Shown: piece by piece, positions 11,492 to 22,788 of the stretch
Layout: each line of letters begins with the position of its first letter
How positions within the stretch are numbered: the stretch's first letter is position 1
NCBI GenBank assembly: GCA_051294375.1
Contig: CM119270.1
Coordinates: forward strand, 5,030,152-5,094,151
Direction: 5' to 3'
Origin: Paraspadella gotoi
Taxonomy: Eukaryota > Animalia > Chaetognatha
DNA: 64,000 nt
Position numbers and translations under genes: made by a program
The notes under the pieces: model-generated
Database searches by the model: none
Seen by the model: only the letters and a program-made list of their open reading frames with translations
What the model was told of the DNA's origin: nothing

Positions 11492-14400
11492 TCCCCCGAC
11501 AACCCGTTTTTGGTCTCCAAACTAAAATAAACCTATTGAACCTTGCTAACGCATACCCCTTACAAAAATATTCATTTCAACAACGAAAGAAAAGAAATAT
11601 ATTACAGAGACAACTCATTCTATAAGATTACCTGTAAACAGAGACACAATCGTTTAGATGTAAGTGTGACAAAATCAAGTAACACAGAAGAGATCTGAAT
11701 AGGTATCAATCAATAAAACTCATCCAGAATCTTCACAGAATTTGAATGAGTTTTTTCTCATTTTCCCATGGAATTGCTTGGATTGTAACTTCTTGAGACT
11801 GCTTCTCTCCCGACCAAGATTTCTCAAAAGGTGAGATTTACTAGATTTTCCCACATCCTTGATATGAGATATTTTTCTTTTCTCCACCTGCCAGACTTTC
11901 CTCAATCGGGTGCTCTCCTTGATCGCGAATGTTTGGAAATGGATGATTAAACTCCGCCGAACCAGATCTTTCAATGAATTGCGCTTCCAGATGATGAGAT
12001 GGAACTTCTTTGTACCAATTCAATCCCATTGTTGTTTAGTTATGCTCTGAAGCAGTCTCCTCCCCCGACCAGGTTTTGTTCACAATGAAAGATTTCTAAT
12101 TTGATTCTCTTGTTCTGTTTTGGTTCATGCTTGATGACAGATAGGTCAGTGAAGAAATTTTGATTTGATTTTCTCTTCAGTGAGTTTCTCATCCCCGACC
12201 AAATAAATCTGTAGCTAGTGATCTTGAAAAAGAGTTTTTCCCAGGTTTGAAGAGTTCTTGGAGTCTGTATTTCTGCTGTAGTAGTTTCCTTTTGAGGATG
12301 AATTCATTGTGAATGAGTTCATATATCTTTGTGATAACCGTTGAGCAATGTTTGGTTAGATCCTCAAAGCCTTTCTGTGAGAGGTTCCTCTTTATTTCCA
12401 AGTTTCTCGTTATCTTCCAATTAATTCTCTTTATGGTGCGTCCTTGAGATCCAATTTTTTGTTTCATGTTTTCTCTAATCTTGTATTTTGGATTTTTTTA
12501 TTTTGTTATTGTCGGTGACGTCAACTGGCGTCATTTTACTTAATATCTCCTCCTTCCTGGATGGCCACTACACTTATATTTATACTTCATCTGCCCAAAA
12601 ACCATCAGGTGTCACTTACACTGATTTCAAATTTGGATGAATTAATCTTTAATCCTCAGTGCCACGGCTTCGACGTGGCCGAAAATTCACACTTGGCCAA
12701 GACCATTTCTCTCCAGATCCCACTGCGAGTAATTTAAGAATTGTCAGTTTCAAACATTCATCTTGACCACCAAGGTGACATACTAACATACTTTAGCAAT
12801 CATAACAATCACCGTTGATGGAAAGTTGCCAGATGTGTGAGTAATCGCAGGATGGGCCTTCCTAAACCGATAATCCAGTGACTCCCTTTACACACCAGAA
12901 CAAAAGGTTGATTTACACACTTTCTCTTTCATTAGTTTTTTTTTTTTATTTTTTCAACCATTCGCGTTGGAAGTTATTTTCTGTAAAATTAAAACCCTTC
13001 TGTAAAATTTATTTTTAATTTTAGAGAGAGACGTTGAAAAAATATATTTATTCTTTCACACAAGTTATTCCGAACTTCCTTATTCTTTATTTTTCGTTTT
13101 TAAAAGAGTTTTTATTTCAGATCAATTTTGATTGTTATATTTAGTTAATTTAACAATTTTACGTAAATTCAAAGCCCAAAATACGAGACAAATCGAAATG
13201 CCACGAGTCCAGATGTAGGGCTATTGCCGTAGACATCACCTTCTCAGCTTTTGGTCGAGCTGACGTATCGACCGAGGAAATGATCTCCCATTCATTTTTT
13301 CCGCGAGGCCGCAAGACCGTCAAAGCCTATGAGTTTCCTTCGGTTGGGCGTCCATGGTTAGAAAGAAGCTAAACAATGTAGATTCCCGAAAGCGAATGAA
13401 CCCTGGGCATGAATTTTAATAACAAATATGATATTTATTTTTTTGTTTTTTTTTTAAGCCATTTTCGTATGATAACCTATCCATTTCCCACCAAAATAAA
13501 CGAAACTACTTTGCAAGTGAAACCTTGACCGCGAACGACGTTTTTTCCTAGCCAATTGCACTGGTGACGATTACGCGTTAAGAAACAAGGATTCTTCAAA
13601 TTAAAAGAGTTAATGATTTTAATTAGTTTATGATCTTTTACTTTGTTTACTTGTGTTTTTTCATAAAATTTTTTAAAAGCTTTTTGGATTATTATGTTTG
13701 AAAATTTCTGTATCTTTCAATCCTTTCAACTTTTTCAATTTTTTGCAACTCAATCAAATTTTCAACATTTTCAATTCCTCGCTTTCAAACTTTATCACTT
13801 TTCACTTTTTATGTTACAACAACTTTTCTTTTTGAATTTTCATTTTCAAGTGCCAAATTTTGACATAAAATTTTATAAATTTTCCCTCCAGTTGATGTAA
13901 GCAAAGTGCGCTTCATCTCCGATATAGAAAGAATACTTTTATCAAAAACGAGAAATCAACGATCTTGCGAGTTGGTCTGCTTTTGGTTTCGGAAAAATTC
14001 AAGGTGTAGAATATTATGTCAGCTTTACAAATTTTATATTTAACGGTTAGTTTCTCCTCGTTTTAGCGTGCAATAAAAATTGCCTTTAAAAAGAAAGGTT
14101 GAATTTTCCATGGATCCCTTTTTTTTTCAAGTGTCGGAACAACACAAAGATTCGAACTCGTGGCTAAAAATGCGATTTCATTTCCAATATTAGGTTATTA
14201 TTTTTCTTCTAGATATCATTGAATTTGGGATTTGAGAATATATTTACTGATTTTAATTTTAACTCGGTCCACTCTTGTAGTTTTCATATTCAGTTTCTGT
14301 TCCATTAAAAATAAGCTCTCAGTGCTAACCTGAGTTTTGTTTTTTGATTTGTTATATATTTTTTATTTTTGTTTTAATTTCATTTTTTATTTTCGGTTTT

Positions 14401-15503
14401 TATTACACGCGCTTTTTCTGATTTCAATCTGCTGTGGCTTTTTCAACCACCAAGCAAGCCAACCAGTGCCAATATTATCAGATCATTTCAAACTCAGCTT
14501 GTATAATTTAGGTGATTCCTGTCAACCATCTGGACAAGCAACACCTCTCTACTTCATGCACTAGACTCAGCGCCACCCAACCATAAGGATCCTATGTCAA
14601 TCCGGTGGATTTCATAGGCGTTTTACGTGCCGTCAACTGTCATGGATCTATCAGAGATCAAGTCCTGCTATCGAAGAACCTCAATTTCAGGACCCAGCCA
14701 CCAATTGCAAAATCATATATTGTCTGCATTTGCTTAGCATACATTCCAAACCTTTGCCACAGTTTTCCTCCATGTTGGTAGTTTGCAAAGAGATTGCTCT
14801 TGTCCTGCTTACAAGCTTTTAAATAACGTTTACTCCGTTTTTCATGCAGTCTCCTGGACACCGACGCTCATTGTCCAGAAATTGCAGTAAGATGAACCCC
14901 GCAAGAGCAAGACAAAACTGCACAAAAAACACAGAACTCACATCACTGTTTATTTCAAACCAACATCGGGTGGCGAAGACACACTGAACAACTCAAGAGA
15001 TGCCTGGCCCGATTCCCAAGCAAGCATGAGCAATGCATTGAAGGGAATGGACTGAACGTGAGTGTATTACTTGTACCAATGTGGACCGAATCAGGAGACA
15101 CAACCAGTGATTACAAGTTATTTTGTTCCACAGTAGAAACTGTGCGCCAACATTGGATAGGGAAGACAGATGTCAAACGTTGCCAATCAACCTGGCCCGC
15201 TCTCAGCAAGCATAGATGCATATTAGCAAAGCAGAGATATTGAGGATGGGGAAGAAAGTGATCTGGACTGCGCAATCCTGGGCCAAATCAGAGGAGAATC
15301 AGCTTGCTGAAACAAAATTTAAAATTTCCAATTTTTATTTTTACTTCATTCATTTTTTTTTTTTTTTTTTTTAAAAGTATGTTGACCTTCAACAGTGATT
15401 CCCATTCAAGAATTTTTGATTTTTAGGATATGTTTGAAATTCTTAATTTTTGAAGCAAATTTTCCATCCAGGATTTATCCTCTTTGGGCGTAGTGGAGAG
15501 CCG

Positions 15504-15515
15504 ACATGGGCGCCA
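15504..15515 (-). promoter_or_regulatory. Primer-binding site (tRNA-Lys-like, TGGCGCCCA)
   Basis: Minus strand reads ..CCGCAACG atc TGGCGCCCATGT, 3 nt after the LTR end. TGGCGCCCA is the start of the complement of the tRNA-Lys 3' end used by many Ty3/Gypsy elements and retroviruses. Confidence 0.7.
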
Positions 15516-15518
15516 GAT

Positions 15519-16394
15519 CGTTGCGGATTCGGGCCGCAAAAAGATCATCCTACACAACTACCCAGTAGCTACTTTTTTTCTATCAGGAAAAAGCGAGCGA
15601 TGTTTATTAGAGTTCTTAATTCAGTTTATTAGCATCCATTTATTTCAATTCCCAAGTGAGGGCCCGTTGCCAGGACAAAGGATTTCTATCCAGGGAGATT
15701 ATTGGGCATAGTTTCCTCTATTGATCCTGAGTCTTAGGGATCGACTTGGTCTTGCTGGGGCGCAGGTTGTTCTTCTTCCTTTGGGAGGGCCCGTGAAACT
15801 GCCCCGCAAAGCCTTGTTACACCTCCTTTTTAATAGGAAAACATAGCCTAAACACTTCCTCCTCATTACTACATAGAATAGGCATTCCAATGGTGCAAGG
15901 CTAAGAACCTGAGTACACCCTTACGAGGCCCCTCAGCTCTCCTCTCTCTCCTATTGGTGGGGCTCGTGTGGTTATCTCTGAGATCTCTTTTCCCTCCTCT
16001 CATCTCTTGGCTTGAGGTTGTGCAAGCTCTCGTCATTGGTCTCCTTCTAGTTTTCAGCTCCACTCACTTCTCATTAGCATGCATCTAATTGCTGGAGATA
16101 GCATGACATAGCAGAGGAGATGGACGAGAAGAATATTGCTACAGTGTACCTATCGCTTCCTTCCTAAACCTCAGGTAGGTGAGGCAGGGGCGAGCAGACT
16201 AGCTCAGGTACCTCTCTCTTCCTTCCTAACCTTAGGTGCCAGAGGCAGGGGCGAGGAGACAAGCTGCGGAACCTCTCTTCTCCTTCTTCCTATCTTAAGG
16301 TTGCTGGCAGGGGCGAGAAGACTAGCTCAGGTACCTCTCTCTCCTTCCTATTCCTTAAGTTGCTGAGCAGGGGCGAGATCCTAGCCTCGTAACA
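15519..16394 (-). repeat. 5' LTR of the retroelement, with about four ~60-bp tandem repeats in U3 (16160-16380)
   Basis: Direct repeat of 10604-11491 ending in TAACA. The unit TTCCTA..CTTAAGGTTGCTGAGCAGGGGCGAGAAGACTAGCTCAGGTACCTCTCTCT is repeated about four times and is also seen at ~11225-11470. Confidence 0.85.
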
Positions 16395-18519
16395 AAATTA
16401 CCCCACATCGAAGCCGTTAGCTAAGCTTATTAAAGTCTAATTCTAAATAAAAAAAGGTACTCATTTTTGTCAGCGGTTTCTGGTTTTGAATATGTCTATA
16501 ATGTATAAGAATACGTTTTTAACGTATTCTTCAATGTTTTGACTGTTGTTCAAACGTATCAGACTCTCGCGTACTACCGTTTTGTCAATTAGTTAAAGTT
16601 TATGCTGATTCTTGTTTCGTTTTTCTGTTTGTCTCTTGTTTCAGTTTGCTCTTCCAAGATTTCTCAAAAAACATTCCATCCTTCCCTATCGCTCTTCTTT
16701 TTCTTCCCTCACTTCTTATAGGCTTCACCTTTCGTAATCAATGCGATTTCCATCACTCGTCATTTCTTGTAAAACTCTTTCTCTCTCTCTCTCTCTCTCT
16801 CGTCCTCTCTTACTCTCTCTCTCCTCTCTCTCTCTCTCTCTCCATCTCTCTCTCTTCGTCGTTTGAACAAAGTTCTGAGCAAACTTCGATATCCTCCTTG
16901 CGTGGAGAAGTTGAAAATGCTCTAGAAGGCAGATGTTTTGATTCTTTTTTGTGTCAAACCCAGAACCAACGACTAATTTTCTTTCCTTTTTTTTTCTTTT
17001 GTTCATGATTTCTTTAAAGCTTTTAATTTTATTGTTTCTACCTCTTATTTTTAAAAAAAACTATAGCTCTTTTTTAAGTTATTTTTTAGATGTTTAGCTT
17101 TTTGCTTCCAGTTTTGTTTATTTGTTCATTAGTTTATCTTTCTCTCCTTTTTGTTGATTTTTTTGGTTTTTCCTCTGCCCTTTCGCTTTGACAATGCGAG
17201 AGATATTTTTTAAACGGCAAGTTATCAGTTAAACTCCAATTTAGTTCTTTTATTTTTTGTTTAGTTGTTTTATTTTTTTTCACTTTTTCAATATTTTATC
17301 ATCTTTTTTATGCATTTTTATTTCTAAACAATCCAAAATTCTGTCACAAATTCAGGACAAGTTTAATGACCAATTCAGTGGGACATACAGTATTTTGAAA
17401 TCTAGACTTTGATTGGCATCTTCAATTATTCTTTATGCTCACTTATTCATTCTTATTTATCTCTCTCATCAACATTCTGTTATGACAAAAAGAAAAAAAA
17501 GAAAAAAAGCGAAATAAAAAGCCTACGAATCTTTTCTATCTCTCTCTCTTTTTCCCTTTTTCGCTCGGGGAAGGCCTAGGGTCAAGGAACGGAGTCGAAT
17601 TGGGGGCCGCCGCCGTGCCGCCGCCGTCCGTCGTCCGTCGTCGTCGTCGTCGTCGATACGGATGTTGACACACGTTTTACCCGTCGGGATTTCCACGAGT
17701 CTTTTCCTCCCGGTCGCACGGCCATCTATCGAGAAATGCCATAGTGATTCCATCGCAGATGGCCATCGGAAAAGACGACGACGACGGACGGTCGGACGAC
17801 GACGACAAAATCCTTAAGAAAAGCTACAAGTGTGGCACTTGAAATGATATCTTTGGCCTTTTGGCGGGGGGAAACTGAAAGACGGGGCAGGTAGCGGCCA
17901 GTTAGGCAGATTCAGTTGGAAGATGAAGTAAGAGAAAAAGAAAGGACAAAGGAAGAAGAGAACAAGGAAGAAGACGAAAGAAAATAATAAGACAAAGACA
18001 AAAAAAGCAAAGAAAAAAGTGAAATATGTCATCCGGAAAGAGAAAAAAAATAATTGAAGCAAATGAAACCTAAGAAAATAAGAATTTAATCTAAGCGAAC
18101 AAACGAATTGTCAATGATGCAACCAACTGCCACATGACAGAAAAAAAGACTGCAAGAGAAAAAAGCACGATGACGACGACGACGACGACGACGACGAACG
18201 ACGAGAACGAAATGATACAATGAACCTACGACGAACAAAGTCGAGAACCTGCCGACGAACAAAGTGGAGATTCCTACAACGAACAGAGAACGAAAACCAA
18301 CAAAAGAAACAAAAACGATAATTGGCGCGAGATCTACGGGTCAACAAAAATTCCATGAGACCTCAGCGAAAAAACAACACACAACAGCAACAATAACAAC
18401 CGGTGGGACAAAATTTCCGGATTCGATTCCCATCGCCTTCTTTACGTCTTTTACGATCCGATGAATTCCATCTTTTGGAAAAAAAGCCGCGGGGAGGGGT
18501 AAGTGAGAAGAGAGGAGAG

Positions 18520-18570
<51 letters not shown>

Positions 18571-19339
18571 GAGAGAAGAGAAGAGAAGAGAGAGAGAGTA
18601 AAGGCGACGAGGCAATTTTTAAGGAGGTCGTTTTTCTTTAGTTGTTGTTTGTTGTAGTTGTTTATTTTTGTGTTTGGTCGGTATCAATCATTTCTATGTG
18701 GTCACTTTCCTTTTTTTTTTTTTTTTTTTTTTTTTCAATTCGCCCGAGATTTTATTTCTTTCAGCCGTCGGACGGGGAACAAAGAAAAGCAGTTTCATTT
18801 AATAAATTTTAAACAAAATGACATGAATTAGCATTATTAAACTAATAATGAAACGAAATTGTACAAACAATATAAGTATCCCATTTAATAAATAAGCTTA
18901 TCTTTGCCCCCTGACTTTTTGGACAAGGCCTTTTGGTATTTTTAAGGGCCTCCCATCACCTTTTACAAAGAAAATATATTATCCCCACGTAAAATTGTAA
19001 ATTGTACAATTTACCGGTTGGAGGGAAGGATTCTAAAATGGTGTGAACTCCGTCTCATCCATTAATAATAAGTTCCAAAAGCGGAAAGTTAATGGAAAGA
19101 GAGAATTGAACAAAGCCAGAGGAAAGATTATAAAAAATGGTTATATATATTATAATACTGTATAACTGTACTATAATAAACTTCCAATCATTATAATTTT
19201 TTTCATTATTATATAGAATAAAACGCAAAGGAGATTATTTACCAACTTTAAATATCGACGCCCGGTAACTAATGAGTTCCCCCCGATGACGACCGGCAAA
19301 CATACAAGTTTTGTCGAGCGACAGAAGTCAAGTGTCAAA

Positions 19340-19550
19340 GCGTGGCCACAAAAACGCCACTAACCGCACACAACGCCACACTACGGCCACAACGCCACTA
19401 CTACCGCAAAAGGCCACTACGGCCCAACGCCACTAAACCGCACAACAAGCCAAACTAACGCACAGGCCACTAACCCGCACAACGCCACTACTAACTTACG
19501 GCCACTACTACGCCAACGCACAAACGGCCACTACGCGTCACAAGGCCACA
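19340..19550. repeat. Minisatellite, ~16-bp unit ACGCCACTACCGCACA (second copy at 30510-30790, interrupted by an N gap)
   Basis: Repeated CGCCACTA/CGCACAA blocks; clean units at 30519-30563. Confidence 0.8.
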
Positions 19551-22500
19551 GACGGTTTCAAAAGACAGAAAAGCGAAAACTTTTTTGCTTAACTTAAACA
19601 GATAGACGCCACCTTAGTGGGGCCCCTCCTCCCGTCAAATGAATCATAAAAAAAAAGACTTAGCTCAAGCACGTTTCCCCCCCTGTCCGAATACCCCCCC
19701 CGCCCCCCCCCCCTCCTTAGGGGATATTCTCAACTCTTTCGACGATTCATCCCCTAATATGGACCTAATCAAAGCTAATTCCAATAAGCCTCTTTCCCTC
19801 CTTCTTCCTCCTCCTCCCCTCCTCCTCCTCCTTTATGGCCGCAACAACAAGGCTCATCCCAGTTTTTTTGTTCGAAGTCCACAAATCATTTTGTTGACAA
19901 GCAGAGCAACAGGGGCGAGCAAGGGAGCGAAGACAGAGAGTTAGAGAAGAGAGAGAGAGAGAGAGAGAGAAGAGAGAGACCTCTCCGTCTCGTGATTTAA
20001 GGGCAAGGTGCTTTTTTTTTCGGGTCCGATGCTGGGAATTTCTTTTCCTTTCTCAGGTCGCCGACGGTGGACGCGAGAGAGAGAGAGAGGGAGAGAGAGA
20101 GAGAGAGAAGAAGAAGAGAGAGAAGAAGGAGAGAGAGAGAGAGAGAGAAAGAAGAGAAGGAGAGAGAGAGGAGAGGGGAGAGAGAGAACTGAGTAGACAA
20201 GTCCTCTAATATTCCAATGACAAATGAATTGTTAAAAATATACTAAAAAAACTTTATTAATAATATTTAATCTGTGAATAATTTTTCACATGTCGAGGAT
20301 TTTCAAACAGTTCTTTTCTCAGCCCTCAGCACCGATTTGATAACAGAACAGAAACCTCCGTCACAAATCTTCCAGTTTCTTTCTCTCGACCGCCCCGTTG
20401 CGCCTTGCCTCTTGAATTAGACTCGTTTCCGTTAAACTACAATCCTTTTTTCCGTCTCTTCGATTTCCGTTGAAATCGAATTACTCTTCTTCCTTCTTCC
20501 GTCTTCCGACTTCCGTTAAATCAAACCTTACAATCCTTCTTTTCTTTTTCCCGTCGTCGATTTTCCCGTTAAATCGAATTACATCCTTCTTCCCGTCTTC
20601 GATTCCATTAAAAATCGAATTGCATCCTTTCTTCCCCGTCTTCGCTCCGCAGATCTGAATCCCAATTTCCGGTTCCGATCGCTGTGCAAACGTTGACTCT
20701 AAATGATTCGCACGTTGATCGCAAACGTGGTCCGCGACTCCACTCACACTTCGTGCGGAAGGGACGGTTCGGAGCTTGTGTTATCTCTCTCTCTTCTCTG
20801 TCTCTCTGCCTCACTCTTCTCTCTCCTCTGTCTTTGAATGCCGTAAATTGTCTCAAAACTGCGTCTTCCCCCTATCCTCTCTTTCTTGAATCATGCGGGT
20901 TGGAAAGAGGAAGAGAAGAGGAAGATGGAGGAGGAGGAGGAACGAAGAACGATAAGGAGAGGACGCTCGTTGTTTTAATTACTCACAAGATAAAAACTCC
21001 AGATGTTCAAAGGAAGAGAGACAATGATGAGAAAAATTTTTTTAATTGCCTCTCCCTTCTTCTTCCCCCCCAACTGCCCCCTCGAGCACGCCCCCAAAGA
21101 ACCCTTCCTGCCTCTCTCTCTTCCTTCTCTCTCTCTCTCTCCTCTTCTCTCTCGTTCTTTTCCTTCTTTCTTTCTTTCTCTCTCTCTTCTCTCTCTCTGA
21201 TCCTCTCTCTCTCTCTCCCCTCTCTACTTTCCTCTCCGTCTCTCCCTCCTCTCTTTTAAATAATCCTCTACTTAAAATTCTTCGCTATAAAAAAAAATTC
21301 TAAAAAAATATCTCTCGCCTTCATAATAATATCTAATAAATCTTATTATAAAAATTATCATAACATATTTCTATCTATAAAAATCAAATCTCTCCAATTC
21401 TTCCCCATCCTCTTCCAATCTTTCCCTCCAATTATTAAATTATCTAATCTCTCTCTAAAATCTCATATAATTTAAATTTTTTATAAAATTAATCTCTCAA
21501 TCCTCCTCCTTTCCCTATCCATCCATTATCTAATTCTCTTCTTCATATCTCTCTCCTCCCAATAAAATATCATCTTTCCTCTCTTATTTTTCATCCTTCC
21601 TCTCCAGTCTCTCTCCTCTCTCCACGCCCCTCTCCTCTCTCCCGCCCTCTCTCCTCTTTAATAATCATCTCTCCTCCCCTCTCTCTCTCTCTCTCTCTCA
21701 TCTTTTCCAATTTCTGAGAACGGGCGTGGAGGTCGATGTCTTCTCTGTTCGTCGTTGTTGTTTCGTTGTTGTTGTTGTTGTTTTCATCGTCTTTAATCGT
21801 GAGTCGTTGCCGTTGTCTTGGTAGAATCATTATATAACAAAAACCGTATTTGGTATATTAAATGTTTTAAATGTATAGGCCAGGTTTGAATGGTTAAAAA
21901 ACGTATTATCCGTCGGTCGTAAGTCGTCGTTGTTGTCTCCGTCGTTGTTGTCATCGTCTTTTGTTCGCTCTCAAATTAAAAATAATAAAATTGAAAGTAA
22001 AAAAAAAAGATTTAAAAAACGGTTTTGAAAAAAAAAAAAACGGGAATCCTTGATCGTAAGGAATTTTTTTTTTTGTCCTTTCCGGCGGCATTCATCTCCG
22101 TGTGGCCGCATTTTTACCGACAACACCCACACTCTCTCTCTCTCCCTCCTCTTCATGCTCCTCCCTCCGCTTTCCTTCTTTTTTTCCTTTCCTTCCTCCC
22201 CCCCTCTCCAGGGGATTAATTTACAGGTTGGCGTTAGCCGATGCGCCGCTACATTGACGAAAAACCGAAAGCGCTTCTCTCTTCTCCTTCTCATCTCTCT
22301 CTCCCTCTCTCTTTTCCCTCTGTTCCTCTGTTCGGTTCCTCTCCCCCTGGTCCTCTCTCTGGTTCTGTCTTTCTCTCTGTCATCACTGTATGGTCTTTCT
22401 AATAGTATTTTTTTTCACTTTTCTAGGTCAAGCTGGCCGAAGTTATTATTTTTAAAACTTTTCAAAATATTTTTTTTTTTATTTCGAAAAAAACTTTAAA

Positions 22501-22555
22501 ACAAAAACACCCCAATTCAAAAAGAAGAAAATTTGACTCCAAATTTGCGGCGGAA

Positions 22556-22586
<31 letters not shown>

Positions 22587-22753
22587 CTTTTTTTCTCTTT
22601 CCATCTAAAAAATCGCGGAGAAACGAAAGGGAACGACGCAATATATTCTCTGCAGGGGAAAACATGACGAAGATGACACTAAAAAGTGATAAGAGAGAGA
22701 GAGAGAAGAGAAGAGAGAGAGAGGAGAGAGAGAGAAGAGAGAGAAGAGAGAGA

Positions 22754-22788
<35 letters not shown>

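Larger units (their letters stand above)
10604..16394 (-). mobile_element. LTR retroelement, ~5.8 kb, probably non-autonomous (no pol recognisable)
   Basis: Termini TGTTGCG (10604) and CGTAACA (16394). Two ~880-bp direct repeats at 10604-11491 and 15519-16394. On the minus strand a PBS TGGCGCCCA (15515-15507) follows the right LTR and a purine-rich GGGTTGTCGGGGGA precedes the left LTR. Flanks GAAATA / AAATTA. A second copy of the locus at ~27755-27770 joins the two flanks with no element (empty site). Confidence 0.85.

Noticed and set aside
13250-13395. Hammerhead-ribozyme-like CTGA..GAAA with a small hairpin inside the LTR element
   Set aside because: The core reads CTGACGT rather than CTGANGA and the three stems cannot be built.
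15165-15225. Peptide VANQPGPLSASIDAY resembling a papain-family segment
   Set aside because: Short, bounded by stops, and with no catalytic QCGSCW or HAV/NSWG motifs nearby.
16160-16380. Repeat/spacer-like pattern around GCAGGGGCGAG
   Set aside because: The intervening sequences are homologous to each other, so this is a tandem repeat inside an LTR and not a CRISPR array.
21250-21690. ~440-bp stretch almost devoid of G
   Set aside because: The other copy of this locus (~36100-36210) has only a short CT tract here; most likely low-quality long-read base calls through a microsatellite.
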